32,000 nt of DNA from Wallemia ichthyophaga EXF-994 (taxonomy: Eukaryota > Fungi > Basidiomycota): the NCBI RefSeq assembly GCF_000400465.1, contig NW_008806284.1, forward strand, positions 314,932-346,931. The letters are read 5' to 3'. The translations under genes were made by a program, and so were the position numbers. Positions within the stretch are counted from its first letter, which is position 1, and the number at the start of each line of letters is the position of its first letter. The notes beneath the pieces were generated by a model, which searched no databases, was not told where the DNA came from, and saw only the letters and a list, made by a program, of their open reading frames with translations. Positions 10,634 through 20,691 of the stretch are shown one piece after another.

Positions 10634-10902
10634 TTAAATAGCCTTGTCTAAGGCGCCGTTAGCAACGTCATTCAAAAGACGCTTCTCTTCCTTCAGGAGG
10701 CTTAGTAAAAATGAAAACACACCACTTTAGTCCACACTTACAGTTCCACGCTTGAGGATCTTGTCAGCAGCGCCGTTGGCGACGTGGTCGAGGAGCTGAG
10801 CTGTTTTAGTATGCGGGTATGTGCTAGTAAAATTCCACTCACTGGTGCAGCAAAGGCGGTAGAGAGAAGGGCAATGGTGGCAGCGATGGCTGAGAGCTTC
10901 AT
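10634..10902 (-). CDS. 56-aa secreted repeat-peptide precursor (Kex2-processed repeat protein-like)
   Basis: Exons 10902-10843, 10795-10742, 10690-10634; introns GTGAGT..TACTAA..CAG (47 nt) and GTAAGT..TACTAAG..AAG (51 nt), all phase 0. Protein MKLSAIAATIALLSTAFAAP-LLDHVANGAADKIL-KR-GTEE-KR-LLNDVANGALDKAI*. Confidence 0.85.
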
Positions 10903-11099
10903 TTGAGCGATGGAAGTTGTCTGAGGAAAGCGTGTTGCGCGAATATTTATTCATTCAACCCGCGTTTACCTTCCTTTTCCGGATATGCTAAAATTTTACA
11001 TTCAAGAGATGTCGCATGTGAGAATTGGAAATTGATTGATTGAATTAATACAGAATCAAAGTTTTTGATGATTTGGTTGATGCTGTATCGTCAAATGGC

Positions 11100-11240
11100 T
11101 CAGCTAGTGTTTGGAAGGTCCTTTCTGGTTCTGAGAATTCCCTCAGCAAAGTTCTTAAATGAATCTTGTAGGATAGGATGTGCTGTGGATGACGTTGAAG
11201 TGGCTATAACGAGACCAGTGACGATTGCTAAAAATTTCAT
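11100..11240 (-). CDS. 46-aa secreted peptide
   Basis: MKFLAIVTGLVIATSTSSTAHPILQDSFKNFAEGILRTRKDLPNTS*. Signal-peptide-like N-terminus; TATA-like TATATTATAA about 45 nt upstream. Below the ORF-track length cutoff. Confidence 0.65.
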   Translation of the reverse strand: MKFLAIVTGLVIATSTSSTAHPILQDSFKNFAEGILRTRKDLPNTS

Positions 11241-11674
11241 TGCCTTGTGAGGAGTAGATGCGCAAAGCTGAGGAAGAAGATTATAATATAAAAAGATGCC
11301 TGCCTGAATTACTTATTTCGGTGTTTATTTGATTTAATATGTCGCAGTTTTGACTCATATTTTTGAGCGAACGAGTGTGAACAGGCTAGGATTTATAACA
11401 TTGTTCTGTTGATGATAAAGCATTTTGCCGGTAGAATAACAAATTATCGGTTTCTTTGTTGCCAGCGGTCACGTGAAATCGCTCGTAACGAACACCAACC
11501 ATGACACACTAAGACATTTACAATCAATTTAGCCACTATAGAATGCGCTTGAAAGCGCTTAAAAACGTTCATTGACTCATTTATTCCATTGACTCAACTA
11601 CGGATGACGAAACTCGGTCACCGCAGACCGAGCGACACTGAGAAATCACTTCATCGACAGCTTAATCGAAAACA

Positions 11675-12774
11675 ATGAGAGGATTATTTATTAAAGGCGA
11701 GCGTAGCGTTGAGATTAAAGACGTCGATCGACCAGCACTTGATGGACACAACGATATTCTCGTCGAGGTGGGTGATAAGCTCTCACAGGCACACCACGCT
11801 CACCAAACCACCAGGTTCACGCGGTTGCACAGAACCCACCCGACAGTTTCTCACTCCTCGGTAGTCCCGGTAAACCTGGCAATCGCCTGGGAAGTGACTA
11901 TGCGGGTGTTGTCGTTGAATCAAAATCAGACTGTGTTAAAATCGGTGACAGAGTCTGTGGTATGGTATCTGGCAACCACTCACCCCACCAAGGCTCATTT
12001 GCTGAATATTTAGCTACTTCCGCAGATCTCACTATCAAGATACCATCAGCGATGTCATTTCAATGCGCCTCTACACTCGGCATGTCCCTCTTCACTGCCA
12101 TTCAAGCGCTCTTTCTCAAATCACCACTTGCTCTCGACCCCAACCACACCAAGGCAGTCCTCATCTGGGGCGCTAGCACTGCTATTGGCATGTACGCGGT
12201 GCAACTCGCTCACATCAGCGGTATAAAGATAGTGGCTACCACGAGTGAGAGGAATAAAGATCTAATTTCCTCCCTTGGTGCCCACATCGTTTTTGATTAC
12301 AAAGATGCAGACGTGGTTGAGAAGGTGAGGGAATCTACAAACGACAATGTCACCTTCGCAATTGATTGCGTCGGCTCGCCAGAAACTCTCAAAAGTACAG
12401 TCGCATGTGCATCTGATGCGCAGTCAGCTACCGTGCACACTGTCCTGCCTCCCGCGAAAGATTTCAAAGCTAAGGCAAGTTCGAACGTCGTCTTCTCGCT
12501 CGTACACTCCGGCTTCGCTGAGGACCTCTCTTGGGCTAACTACCTTTTTCCCCGCCCCGTTACGATGGAGGAGATGATGCAGGAGCGCAAGGAGGCTGTC
12601 GCGTTCTTCGGTTACGACAGAGGCACAATCCCCGGTCTTTTAAGAGATGAAATTCTCAAAACTACACCTATCGTCGCGACCAGCAAAGGGCTGGAAAATA
12701 TCTTACCTTGGCTGCTCAAGATGGAAAAGGGTGAAATCAGAGCTGGTAAAGTTGTACATCTTTTGAAGGAATAA
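11675..12774 (+). CDS. MDR-superfamily enoyl reductase-like / zinc-type alcohol dehydrogenase-like protein (ToxD/LovC-like)
   Basis: Exons 11675-11767 and 11815-12774 (47-nt intron). Motifs VHAVAQNP.D, LGSDYAGVV, GDRVCG, GSFAEY, NADPH-binding VLIWGASTAIG. Confidence 0.9.
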
Positions 12775-13062
12775 TACGTTTTGCGAATAAGCTCATGTGC
12801 TATTTTCTGTATACTTTATTGCTTGATCTAAAATTTCCAAATGAGGATGGTCATTTTGATGAATGGTCTTCTGGTCGTCTAATTCTTATGTTGTTCAGCG
12901 ATGCATGATGTATCGCTTCATAGAAATTGATTGGGGGTAATTATGCAACCTAATCACATAAATTCCATCACACTTCAAATCTCCCAGTTAATCCGACTTC
13001 TGTCTTTCTTTTCACATCGTCTTCGAGTGCATCGACAAGCATGACGCAGCAATGACTCACTG

Positions 13063-13093
13063 AAATCTAATCAAAGACAATCTAATCAAAGAC
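13063..13093. repeat. Short tandem duplication (aatctaatcaaagac x2)
   Basis: Direct 15-nt repeat in intergenic DNA. Confidence 0.8.
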
Positions 13094-13248
13094 ACACATG
13101 AATTGGGCATATGACGGCGTGTATCATAGCGCAAATTAATTTCTCCTACATTATTCAATGCGTGCCTCGACATGCATGATTCACATGTGCTTGTGAGAGC
13201 GTTCAAAAAGGAGGACAGTCACCATATCCTGTATTCATACAACCAAAA

Positions 13249-13563
13249 ATGACAATTGAAACAGGTGACGAGAAGAAAGTATACAAAATCCGCCTTCAGC
13301 TCACGGCCACAGATGCCGCGTTCCAAGACATTTTCGAGCTTATCAATCAGAGTGAGGTGTTTTAGTGAAAGATGCTAGGCTTATACATTCACACAGCTAG
13401 CAATAGGGTATGCACACTTTTACAATACGAGTCAGCCGGTATCTATCGTTGGCTGGACGTTGTCTCCTCATACAATTCCTTATACAGGCTGCAACACGAG
13501 TACTACGGCGGCGCAATTATAGAGGACTTCGTTCTCATAAACAACCTTCCTCCTCCTTATTGA
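13249..13563 (+). CDS. Possible 61-aa protein with a 7-nt microexon
   Basis: Exons 13249-13351, 13401-13407, 13488-13563 (GTGAGG and GTATGC donors) restore one frame: MTIETGDEKKVYKIRLQLTATDAAFQDIFELINQTIGLQHEYYGGAIIEDFVLINNLPPPY*. Confidence 0.35.
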
Positions 13564-13641
13564 GTTGTCCGAACGCTTTTCAGTACCTTATTTGATTACT
13601 GCGCGCTAAATGCATTTGAAATTTCTTTTTGAATCGCATTC

Positions 13642-13983
13642 ATGACTCTTGGTGGGTGCACGCGTGTACTCAGAACCTGTCTTAGCTTTAAAGTCTGTGT
13701 AGGCTTGTTTGTCGTAGTGTTCCACAATTCAACGCCAAAAGACCACATCTTACGATTGATGCGACTGCTGATGCTCTATGGTGGGTGGGTGGATAGGAAT
13801 GTTGATAGTCTTACGAACATCAAGACAGGTGCTAATATACATGAATTCAACGACGACAAAAAAAATAGCACGCAATTAGAGTTTGAAATTGAGGAAGAGA
13901 GTATGGTTATGCAGAATATGCGTAACGACCCACATATTTGGGAAGTCGCCAAGGCTAGTAACTTCAAAAAGGTAAAGCCATAA
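13642..13983 (+). CDS. Hypothetical protein (only the 3' half looks coding; start uncertain)
   Basis: ORF-track 113 aa; the segment RNVDSLTNIK...ASNFKKVKP has normal globular composition. Confidence 0.25.
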   Translation: MTLGGCTRVLRTCLSFKVCVGLFVVVFHNSTPKDHILRLMRLLMLYGGWVDRNVDSLTNIKTGANIHEFNDDKKNSTQLEFEIEEESMVMQNMRNDPHIWEVAKASNFKKVKP

Positions 13984-14901
13984 ACAAGATATGCCCGCAA
14001 GTACTTTAATATCAATCTTAACACTTTAGATACCCCTATTTTTGTATCACTGGCTTTTTAAATAAGGTTTCATATTGTCCATTGTTGTGGTCGGCCAACT
14101 TTATTATGACGTGCTATTGCGACCATGCCTGGCCTTCGGTATGCCATTGCTCCAAAGTGGAGATGCTACTGATAATAGATATTATATGATGTTTACGATT
14201 GCTATTTGCTGCGTATGTGAATATGAGACAATGAGAATAACGCAGGAACGCATGCACTGGCTCCACAATGCATGATATTCGACTCAAACATCACAAGCGC
14301 GCTCTGCAGTCGATATAAAGTATATTTACCATGTAAACCACTCATATCTACTTCAGAGCCCCTGCATAATCAACGAGAATTAATGATGCAGAGCTGCTAT
14401 GGTGACTGATATCATCATGTCAGATAAGTAAATGTGTGCTGTATAATTAACAAATGAAGTCATTGCAGTATGTTTGTAAATGTCATACATGTGTACTGTT
14501 TGACTTAATCCTCGTTGCGTATTTGCCAACAAATGTTCTCAAATCTCTCCTCAGATGTCCATCAGCAATGCTTGAAGCTTAGCTGCAGATTGACGTACTA
14601 ATCAAGCAATATCCATTGACTTGCCGCTAGTTTAGTATGATCCATTGTCTCGATTATTTTGAAAGGTAAATTTTCAGCTTACTGTTTTTTTTCCACTTCA
14701 AGGATCGCCGAAGTTACTTCGATATTTGGCTGAATACTTGAAATCATACATCATAAACAGCCGGCGTGAGCTGAATATTCATAAAGCAGTAGGAAAGATA
14801 GTCCTAAAGCCGGGTTAAGGGTAAGAATCAGGCAAGTATACACATAAACTATTGATTGTTTAATACAAAAGCAGCATCGAAAGTATTAGATGCTAAGCAG
14901 C

Positions 14902-15712
14902 TCAGTATTTCTTATCGTCCTTGTACTTATCTTTGTTGCTGCTGTGCTGTTTGTCGTTGCTGTCGGACTTTTTGTCGCTTGACTTTGTATCGTCGGGCTT
15001 GCCATCGTCGTGTTTCATGTTGTTGTGCTTATCGTCGTAATTTTTATGCTGCTTCTTTTCACTTCCGTCCTTCTCACCACCATGCTTCTTGTTATTGTTG
15101 TCATGCTTCATTTCGTTATATTTCTTTTGGTCATGATACATGTCTTGCTCGTTGTCCTCGTAATTTTTGTTGTCGCTGTGCTTCTTGCCATTGTCAGTAT
15201 ACTGCTTATCTTGGTGCTTCATACCGCTGGACTTCATGTTGTCATACTTGTCATCATGTTTCTTGTCGTTGCTGCCGTGCTTGTCATCATAATTTTTGTC
15301 ATTGCTTTCATACTTGTCATGCTTCTTGTCAGACTTCCAGTATTCGTCAGTCTTCTGGTAAAACATTGTAAGCTAATTTTCACCAAACATCACTTCAACC
15401 AACCCTGACATCCGCTTTGTTCTTCTCAGCAGCCTCATTGTTCAGCTTGATTTGCTTCTCAACTTCCTCGCGATGCTTCTTGAGTGCCTCTTCGTGGGAT
15501 AGCTTGTCTTGCTTGTCGTATTTGCCGTGGTTGTTGTCATTCTTGGCATCGACACCATTACCATAGTTGTAGTCATCCTTGTGGTCTTTGATGGCGTTGG
15601 CGTCTTTCTCATCTCCGCGACGGGCGATGTTGTCTGGTTGTGTGACTGCTGCTGATGCGATGGTGCCAGTGAATGCAAGAACGGCGAGAGCTTTGGCGGT
15701 GTTGAAGTACAT
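14902..15712 (-). CDS. Secreted Asp/Lys/His/Asn-rich repetitive protein (251 aa)
   Basis: Exons 15712-15410 and 15354-14902 (55-nt intron). Signal peptide MYFNTAKALAVLAFTGTIASA, pro-segment ending IARR, then degenerate KHDDKY/NYDDKH repeats. Confidence 0.85.
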
Positions 15713-16344
15713 TTCTGTCTTTTGGGATGTAGAAAAGCAAGAAGGATATAGCGCTTCTTATAAAGCCAGCTGGGCTGATGATTCTTCTGCTATAGTCACA
15801 TCTCGTCATTCTGCCAAGCTAACGAGGCTGAAGCATTATGTGGCGCAAATTAAGGGTATATATGAGCATATATAGTATTGTAATAAGGACATTTTGTTGC
15901 TGGAAAGCTTCTGTTGCTGTCAGAGCTCTATCCACTCTCATCTCGACGGCAAGTGGGCTGATATGGCCAAATTGAGCTTAACTAGGATCTTTAAGCTGCT
16001 CGCGGAGTACAGGCATGTTAACGCCCAGTATATCTCGGAATAGATTTGGTGATAGCCGTTAGATCGCTCAAGAATTCTGATGGCTTTAAGCATTGCAATA
16101 TAGCTTTCTAACGCAATAAGCCTCACGCATACACGCACATACGCACACCCAAGTACTGCATCCTCTAAGATATCCACCGATGAGGCATCTCGGCTATATC
16201 CTCGGATGCGTAACACGCTGAGGAAACCAAAATTGCACGCCCGCGTACAGACCCTGCCCTCGAAAATCGCTTAAAGATTTTATCGAGCTCACCCCTTTAA
16301 TAAAATCTCCACAATGCGGGGTGATCAGTTACCGCTCGACGCTC

Positions 16345-18727
16345 ATGACTAGCACCGAGAAAAGAAACAAGAAGTCGAAGATTACGCGGGCTGTGAGTTG
16401 TGCACGTGCCGATAACCGTCATCTAACGCTTTGACCAGTGCGACGGATGCAGGTGAATAGCGGCACCAGCAGCACGTACACTCTAACATCAGGGCCAGGA
16501 AGAAGAAAATCAAGTGCAATGCTGATATCACGTATCCCAACAAGTGCTCCAACTGCAAAAATATGGAATGCATTTACACGAACAAGGGCTTCCACAGCCC
16601 GAGCTACGTTAGCGATTTGGAGACGAAGCTTGCCGAAAGCGAGGGCGTCATCGAAGAGTATAGGAGACTGCTCGACAAGTACGCACCGCCAGAAGTACTC
16701 GCGGCTGAGACGGACACTGCTAAGCGGAAGCGGAATTTTTCCATCCCCTCCCCCAGCGCGCAAATGCACATGCACATACACACAGAAGCCTCCGATATGA
16801 ATGACGGCATTTATGTCGATGAGACGACGGAGAGCTGCAGGAAGGAGGGATGTCTGCTTAAGACACTTGGCGATGGAAAAACAGTTCATAATCACCCCGG
16901 AAAGCAAAAAAGATTCTTTGGAAAGGGGAGTATCCGTGGAATTATCGAGAGATTGAGCACTTATACTGGCTTCTCCCCTACTGGACTTTTAAGCGGGAAA
17001 AGACCTCACTTTTGGCAAGAGGATTTGCTTATCGATGGACTAGACTACCTTCCTGTGCATATGTTGAGCCCTGACTTGGTGGAGTCTTTGGTTGGCTTGT
17101 ACTTTGAGAAAGTCAATAGCACACTCCCGCTTCTCGATAGAACTCGCTTCTTTGCCGAAATAGCTTATCGCAGGCACGACCGTAACTTTGAAACCCTGCT
17201 AATGACAGTACTGGCGATAGGATCTCAGTACTCCAACGATCCGCGTGTTATGATTGAAGGTCAGCACCAGTTCCTGGCAGGATTCAGATACTACAGTGTT
17301 GCCAAAAGCAAGATGATAGACCCATACATGGATGTGGCGACTATCGAGGATATACAAGCGCTTATTCTGCTGCAAATATACGTACCCAAAAGCATACATT
17401 CGAGGAGCGGATGGATGATTCACGGTACTACCGTGCTTTTAGCGCATGATATTGGACTGCATTCACGTTTTGTTGACACTGATCTACCCCCGCAAGACCA
17501 AGAGTTGAGGAAGAGAGCGTACTGGTCGCTGTATCTTCTCGATCGAGTGCAGGCGTCCACTTTCGGACGTCAGCCGCTGATAAAGGACAACGAGATCAGT
17601 CTAGACCTGCCAGACAATGAGCTAGGTGATGGGGAGTCTGAGTGTTGTGTACTGTACTTCAACATGCTTATCAAGCTGTACAATATCCACGGACAGATCT
17701 TGCAGACAATTGTGAGTATCGTCTTGACGTTGCTCTCAGGCAACGAGCTCACAACACAACAGTATAAACTGAGGAAGACTTCAGATGGTGATGAGCTGTT
17801 GATGTCGTTGACAGACATCGCGTCGCTAAATTCGAAACTGAACAAATGGCTAAATGAAATACCGCAAATGTTGAAGGATGGTAAAAACGAGGTCCCGAAA
17901 AAGCTGGCACACGGAAGCAACGGAAAGGATGAGTATGTTTATCAGCTGTACAGTAATCTGCAACTAGCGTTTCACATAATTCAGGTGAGCACAGAAGTGC
18001 ATGAAATAACACGCATCTAACAAGCGCAGATCGGGCTGTACAAAACATTCCTTCCAAATCCACGCTCGCAGTCAACTTCGAGCTTTAGATACACGAGTCT
18101 AGTCATATGCGCGACCTCAGCGCGGAGCATCATTTCAATATACCGCGACATGCTGCTAGAGCGCAAGATGCAGCATCTGTGGGTGGATGCTACGGTAGCG
18201 TGGGGAGTGAGTGATGAGGATATTTTAAGTGGAGTGCTCTGCTAACTTCCACATAGTCTTTCAGTGCTACGCTGATACTCATCATCAGCGCATGCGAGGG
18301 TCTTAGGAACAACGATCTGGACCCATCAGTGTTTGGATTTATACAGTCAGGCATCCAGATCCTCAGAGTGAGGGAGGAGAGGGAGGTGTTGAATGGGAGG
18401 GCGGTGGATATGATAATGCAGATACTTAAGACATCCAACCTCCCAATGGACCCGTCATTCATGCAAGCGCAGGAAAATATAAGCTACGGGGCATCAGCTG
18501 ACAATTTCTTCACCGACCTGCCCTTCCTCGTCGACACACCACCTAACCACGCTGAGTCGAACGAGCAGATGTTCACAGATCTGCTCGGTCAGGTGCAGTA
18601 TAACACGGTTGACGCGGCCGCACTCGGCGTCGGCGGCACTCCGCCCCTCGATAGCTTCTTGCAAATCAACACTCAGGATTGGTCGAATGTGCTCGAGACG
18701 TTCCTCAGCGGTGCTGGAGGGATGTAG
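16345..18727 (+). CDS. Zn(II)2Cys6 transcription factor with fungal-specific TF (middle homology) domain
   Basis: Exons 16345-16392, 16439-16452, 16499-17711, 17763-17984, 18030-18206, 18257-18727. KITRACDGCRKKKIKC...CSNCKNMEC cluster; RKRAYWSLYLLDR...STFGRQPLI motif; acidic C-terminus. Confidence 0.92.
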
Positions 18728-18872
18728 GTTGTGAGAGTGGGTTGCCTGAGGATACATTAGGATACATTAGGATTTGAGAAGTTGAATAGATTTTTTCAAC
18801 ATTCAGCTTCTTTGTACATTATTTTATAGAAATGGATTGACATTTAAAACAATACATAAGGTAAGTATCCAA

Positions 18873-19244
18873 CTAAAAAGCACCCTGTGACCAAGGATTC
18901 TTGTGTTCTGGCTGCTCACCAGCCAAGCTGCCTCTACGCGGACCACCACCTTTCTTAGCTGGACCAGTTTCGACGACATCTGGATCCGGCTCAGATTCAC
19001 CATCAGTGAGAGCCTTATTTTCTGGCGTCTCGATCTCCTCGCCCTTGCTGGTATGAAGGGTCGAGTGTCTTCTGCTGGGTTTGTTTTGAGTAGGTAAGCT
19101 CTCGTCGTTGTTGGTGTTCTCGCTTTTGCTCGCGGTATTTGACTTTCCTGGTTCTTCTACTTCTTCACTATTTTTAAATGGATTTGTAAATGTAGCAGAG
19201 GTGCTGTTGGAACTAGGACTACTACTGCCGCCGCTTTTGATCAT
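18873..19244 (-). CDS. Small hydrophilic, probably disordered protein (123 aa)
   Basis: Intact ORF, Ser/Glu/Asn/Pro-rich, with PKA-type RRHS and RRGS motifs; no recognised family. Confidence 0.55.
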   Translation of the reverse strand: MIKSGGSSSPSSNSTSATFTNPFKNSEEVEEPGKSNTASKSENTNNDESLPTQNKPSRRHSTLHTSKGEEIETPENKALTDGESEPDPDVVETGPAKKGGGPRRGSLAGEQPEHKNPWSQGAF

Positions 19245-19409
19245 AATGGATAGATATGACGTTACGTAGATGATTCAGTAGTGCAGACACTTTTTAATTT
19301 TATTAACAGTCCACTGGATTATGAGCATGATGGATATTATTAGGGCTACGAGTATTCTTACGGTGACAGTCTGCAGCGAAGTCTTCACACCGCCGACGAT
19401 GAGTTGGAC

Positions 19410-19646
19410 ATGGTGACAGAAGACGCTGAGCGGTGGTTTGTCGTGGATCTGTACGTGACTCTCGGAATCCTTCTCATTACCGCTGTCACTGTCACTCTCT
19501 TTATCCGCCTTCGCCCCAAGCTGACGGTTCAGCAAACAGCGCCCGATTTCCAAGTGCGATACAGCGACAGCCAAGCAGAGGATGAGAAAGTCGACTATGC
19601 GATCTGCGAACGGCATGAAGTTGAGATTGAATTAGTGAGTGAATGA
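19410..19646 (+). CDS. Putative small single-pass membrane protein
   Basis: One hydrophobic stretch (LYVTLGILLITAVTVTLFI) followed by RLRPK. The 5' end is uncertain because of an upstream in-frame TAG at 19341. Confidence 0.4.
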   Translation: MVTEDAERWFVVDLYVTLGILLITAVTVTLFIRLRPKLTVQQTAPDFQVRYSDSQAEDEKVDYAICERHEVEIELVSE

Positions 19647-19730
19647 GAGTGAACTGACGTCAGGAGATAACAGAAAGAGTATGTAAAAGCGTGAAAGCGT
19701 GAAATAAAGAGACTAAACAAGCTACAAAAG

Positions 19731-20058
19731 CTACACGGGAACAATCAGGAAGCACTCCAGTTCCTTTTCGGTGGGAGCAGACTTGGTGCGCACCACTATC
19801 GGCATGACATCCGCAACGCTCGTTGACGCGCTGTCATTAAAGCTCTTCCTACCGGTCCCATCGAAGAGATCAGCTGGGTAGGGCATACTCGGGCGCTTGT
19901 AGGAAATGTCAGCGATGTCAGGCACCTGTGTGCCGACCTGATTGGTGCTTTTAAGGGACTCTACTGCGTCTACTGTGGACTGCACAGATCTGCGCCAGTT
20001 CGTGGTTAGCTTTTCCCCTCCCACCAACATCTGGATATCACTTTTCCTCGTTATTCAT
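19731..20058 (-). CDS. Hypothetical protein (about 91 aa, 2 exons)
   Basis: Exons 20058-20042 and 19989-19731; 52-nt GTGATA..GCTAAC..CAG intron gives MNNEEKSVQSTVDAVESLK... Confidence 0.45.
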
Positions 20059-20364
20059 CTGCTGCGCGAGCGTCGCAGACTCAATTTCAACAGCACAGAA
20101 TTATTTCTCGGTTCTATACTCAACTCCACAATGAAGACTGCGCCTTTTACTTCGCTCTGGATGACAATCAATCTAATCCTTTACAAAAATTTATAAGGTG
20201 AAACACATTTTACATACCTAAAATCGTCCTTAATTTATTCTGTGTGTTACATACCTCTTTGCGTGAACTATTTTTCAATTCAACTTTGGCAAGATCTACA
20301 TATCTCAGTAGTATAAACACTGCTGTCGAGAATTGACCTGAGAAAGATATTATCTGTTCACAAC

Positions 20365-20691
20365 GTGCAAGTCAGTTCGAGCAGAAGGAGATCGGGCGAG
20401 GCATGCCAAGGACATTCAGAAATGCAGATACGTACAGAGGTGGAGCGTGAGTATGAGATGGATGATAAGCTTTCTGCGACGGTTTTTCCGGGGCTTGAAA
20501 GGGCACCGTCGGCCGACACCGAATCGGGGGTTGGCCATAAGGGAACAGTTCTCCAGGATAGCATCGTATATGACGATCGATCTACTAGGCCGATGCGTTG
20601 TATTATTTTATCCCGGGACAATCTCAAGTATGTTCTGGAAAGACTGAAGAAGGGTTATTTGAGGTTTAGATTTGTGCTGAGTCATGTGTAG
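20365..20691 (+). CDS. Hypothetical protein
   Basis: 108-codon ORF of plausible composition; first ATG is internal and no family was recognised. Confidence 0.3.
   Translation: MQVSSSRRRSGEACQGHSEMQIRTEVEREYEMDDKLSATVFPGLERAPSADTESGVGHKGTVLQDSIVYDDRSTRPMRCIILSRDNLKYVLERLKKGYLRFRFVLSHV

Noticed and set aside
9749-12774. Dikaritin/RiPP biosynthetic cluster interpretation
   Set aside because: No DUF3328/UstYa oxidase, tyrosinase or prolyl oligopeptidase gene was recognised in the window; kept only as a secreted-peptide cluster.
14440-14820. Coding-like fragment GSPKLLRYLAEYLKSYIINSRRELNIHK on the + strand
   Set aside because: No start codon or splice path giving a continuous ORF; at best a small remnant.
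15010-15408. + strand extremely hydrophobic 132-aa ORF resembling a membrane protein
   Set aside because: Reverse complement of the D/K/H/N-rich repeat exon; GAC/AAG/CAT codons read as V/L/M on the other strand.
18751-18773. gatacattag x2 tandem repeat
   Set aside because: Trivial 10-nt slippage duplication in a 3' UTR.
19242-19343. Upstream extension of the small membrane ORF from ATG 19246, with a possible TAG readthrough at 19341
   Set aside because: That ATG would be 1 nt from the divergent gene's ATG, leaving no promoter, and needs a poor donor. Readthrough cannot be supported from sequence alone.
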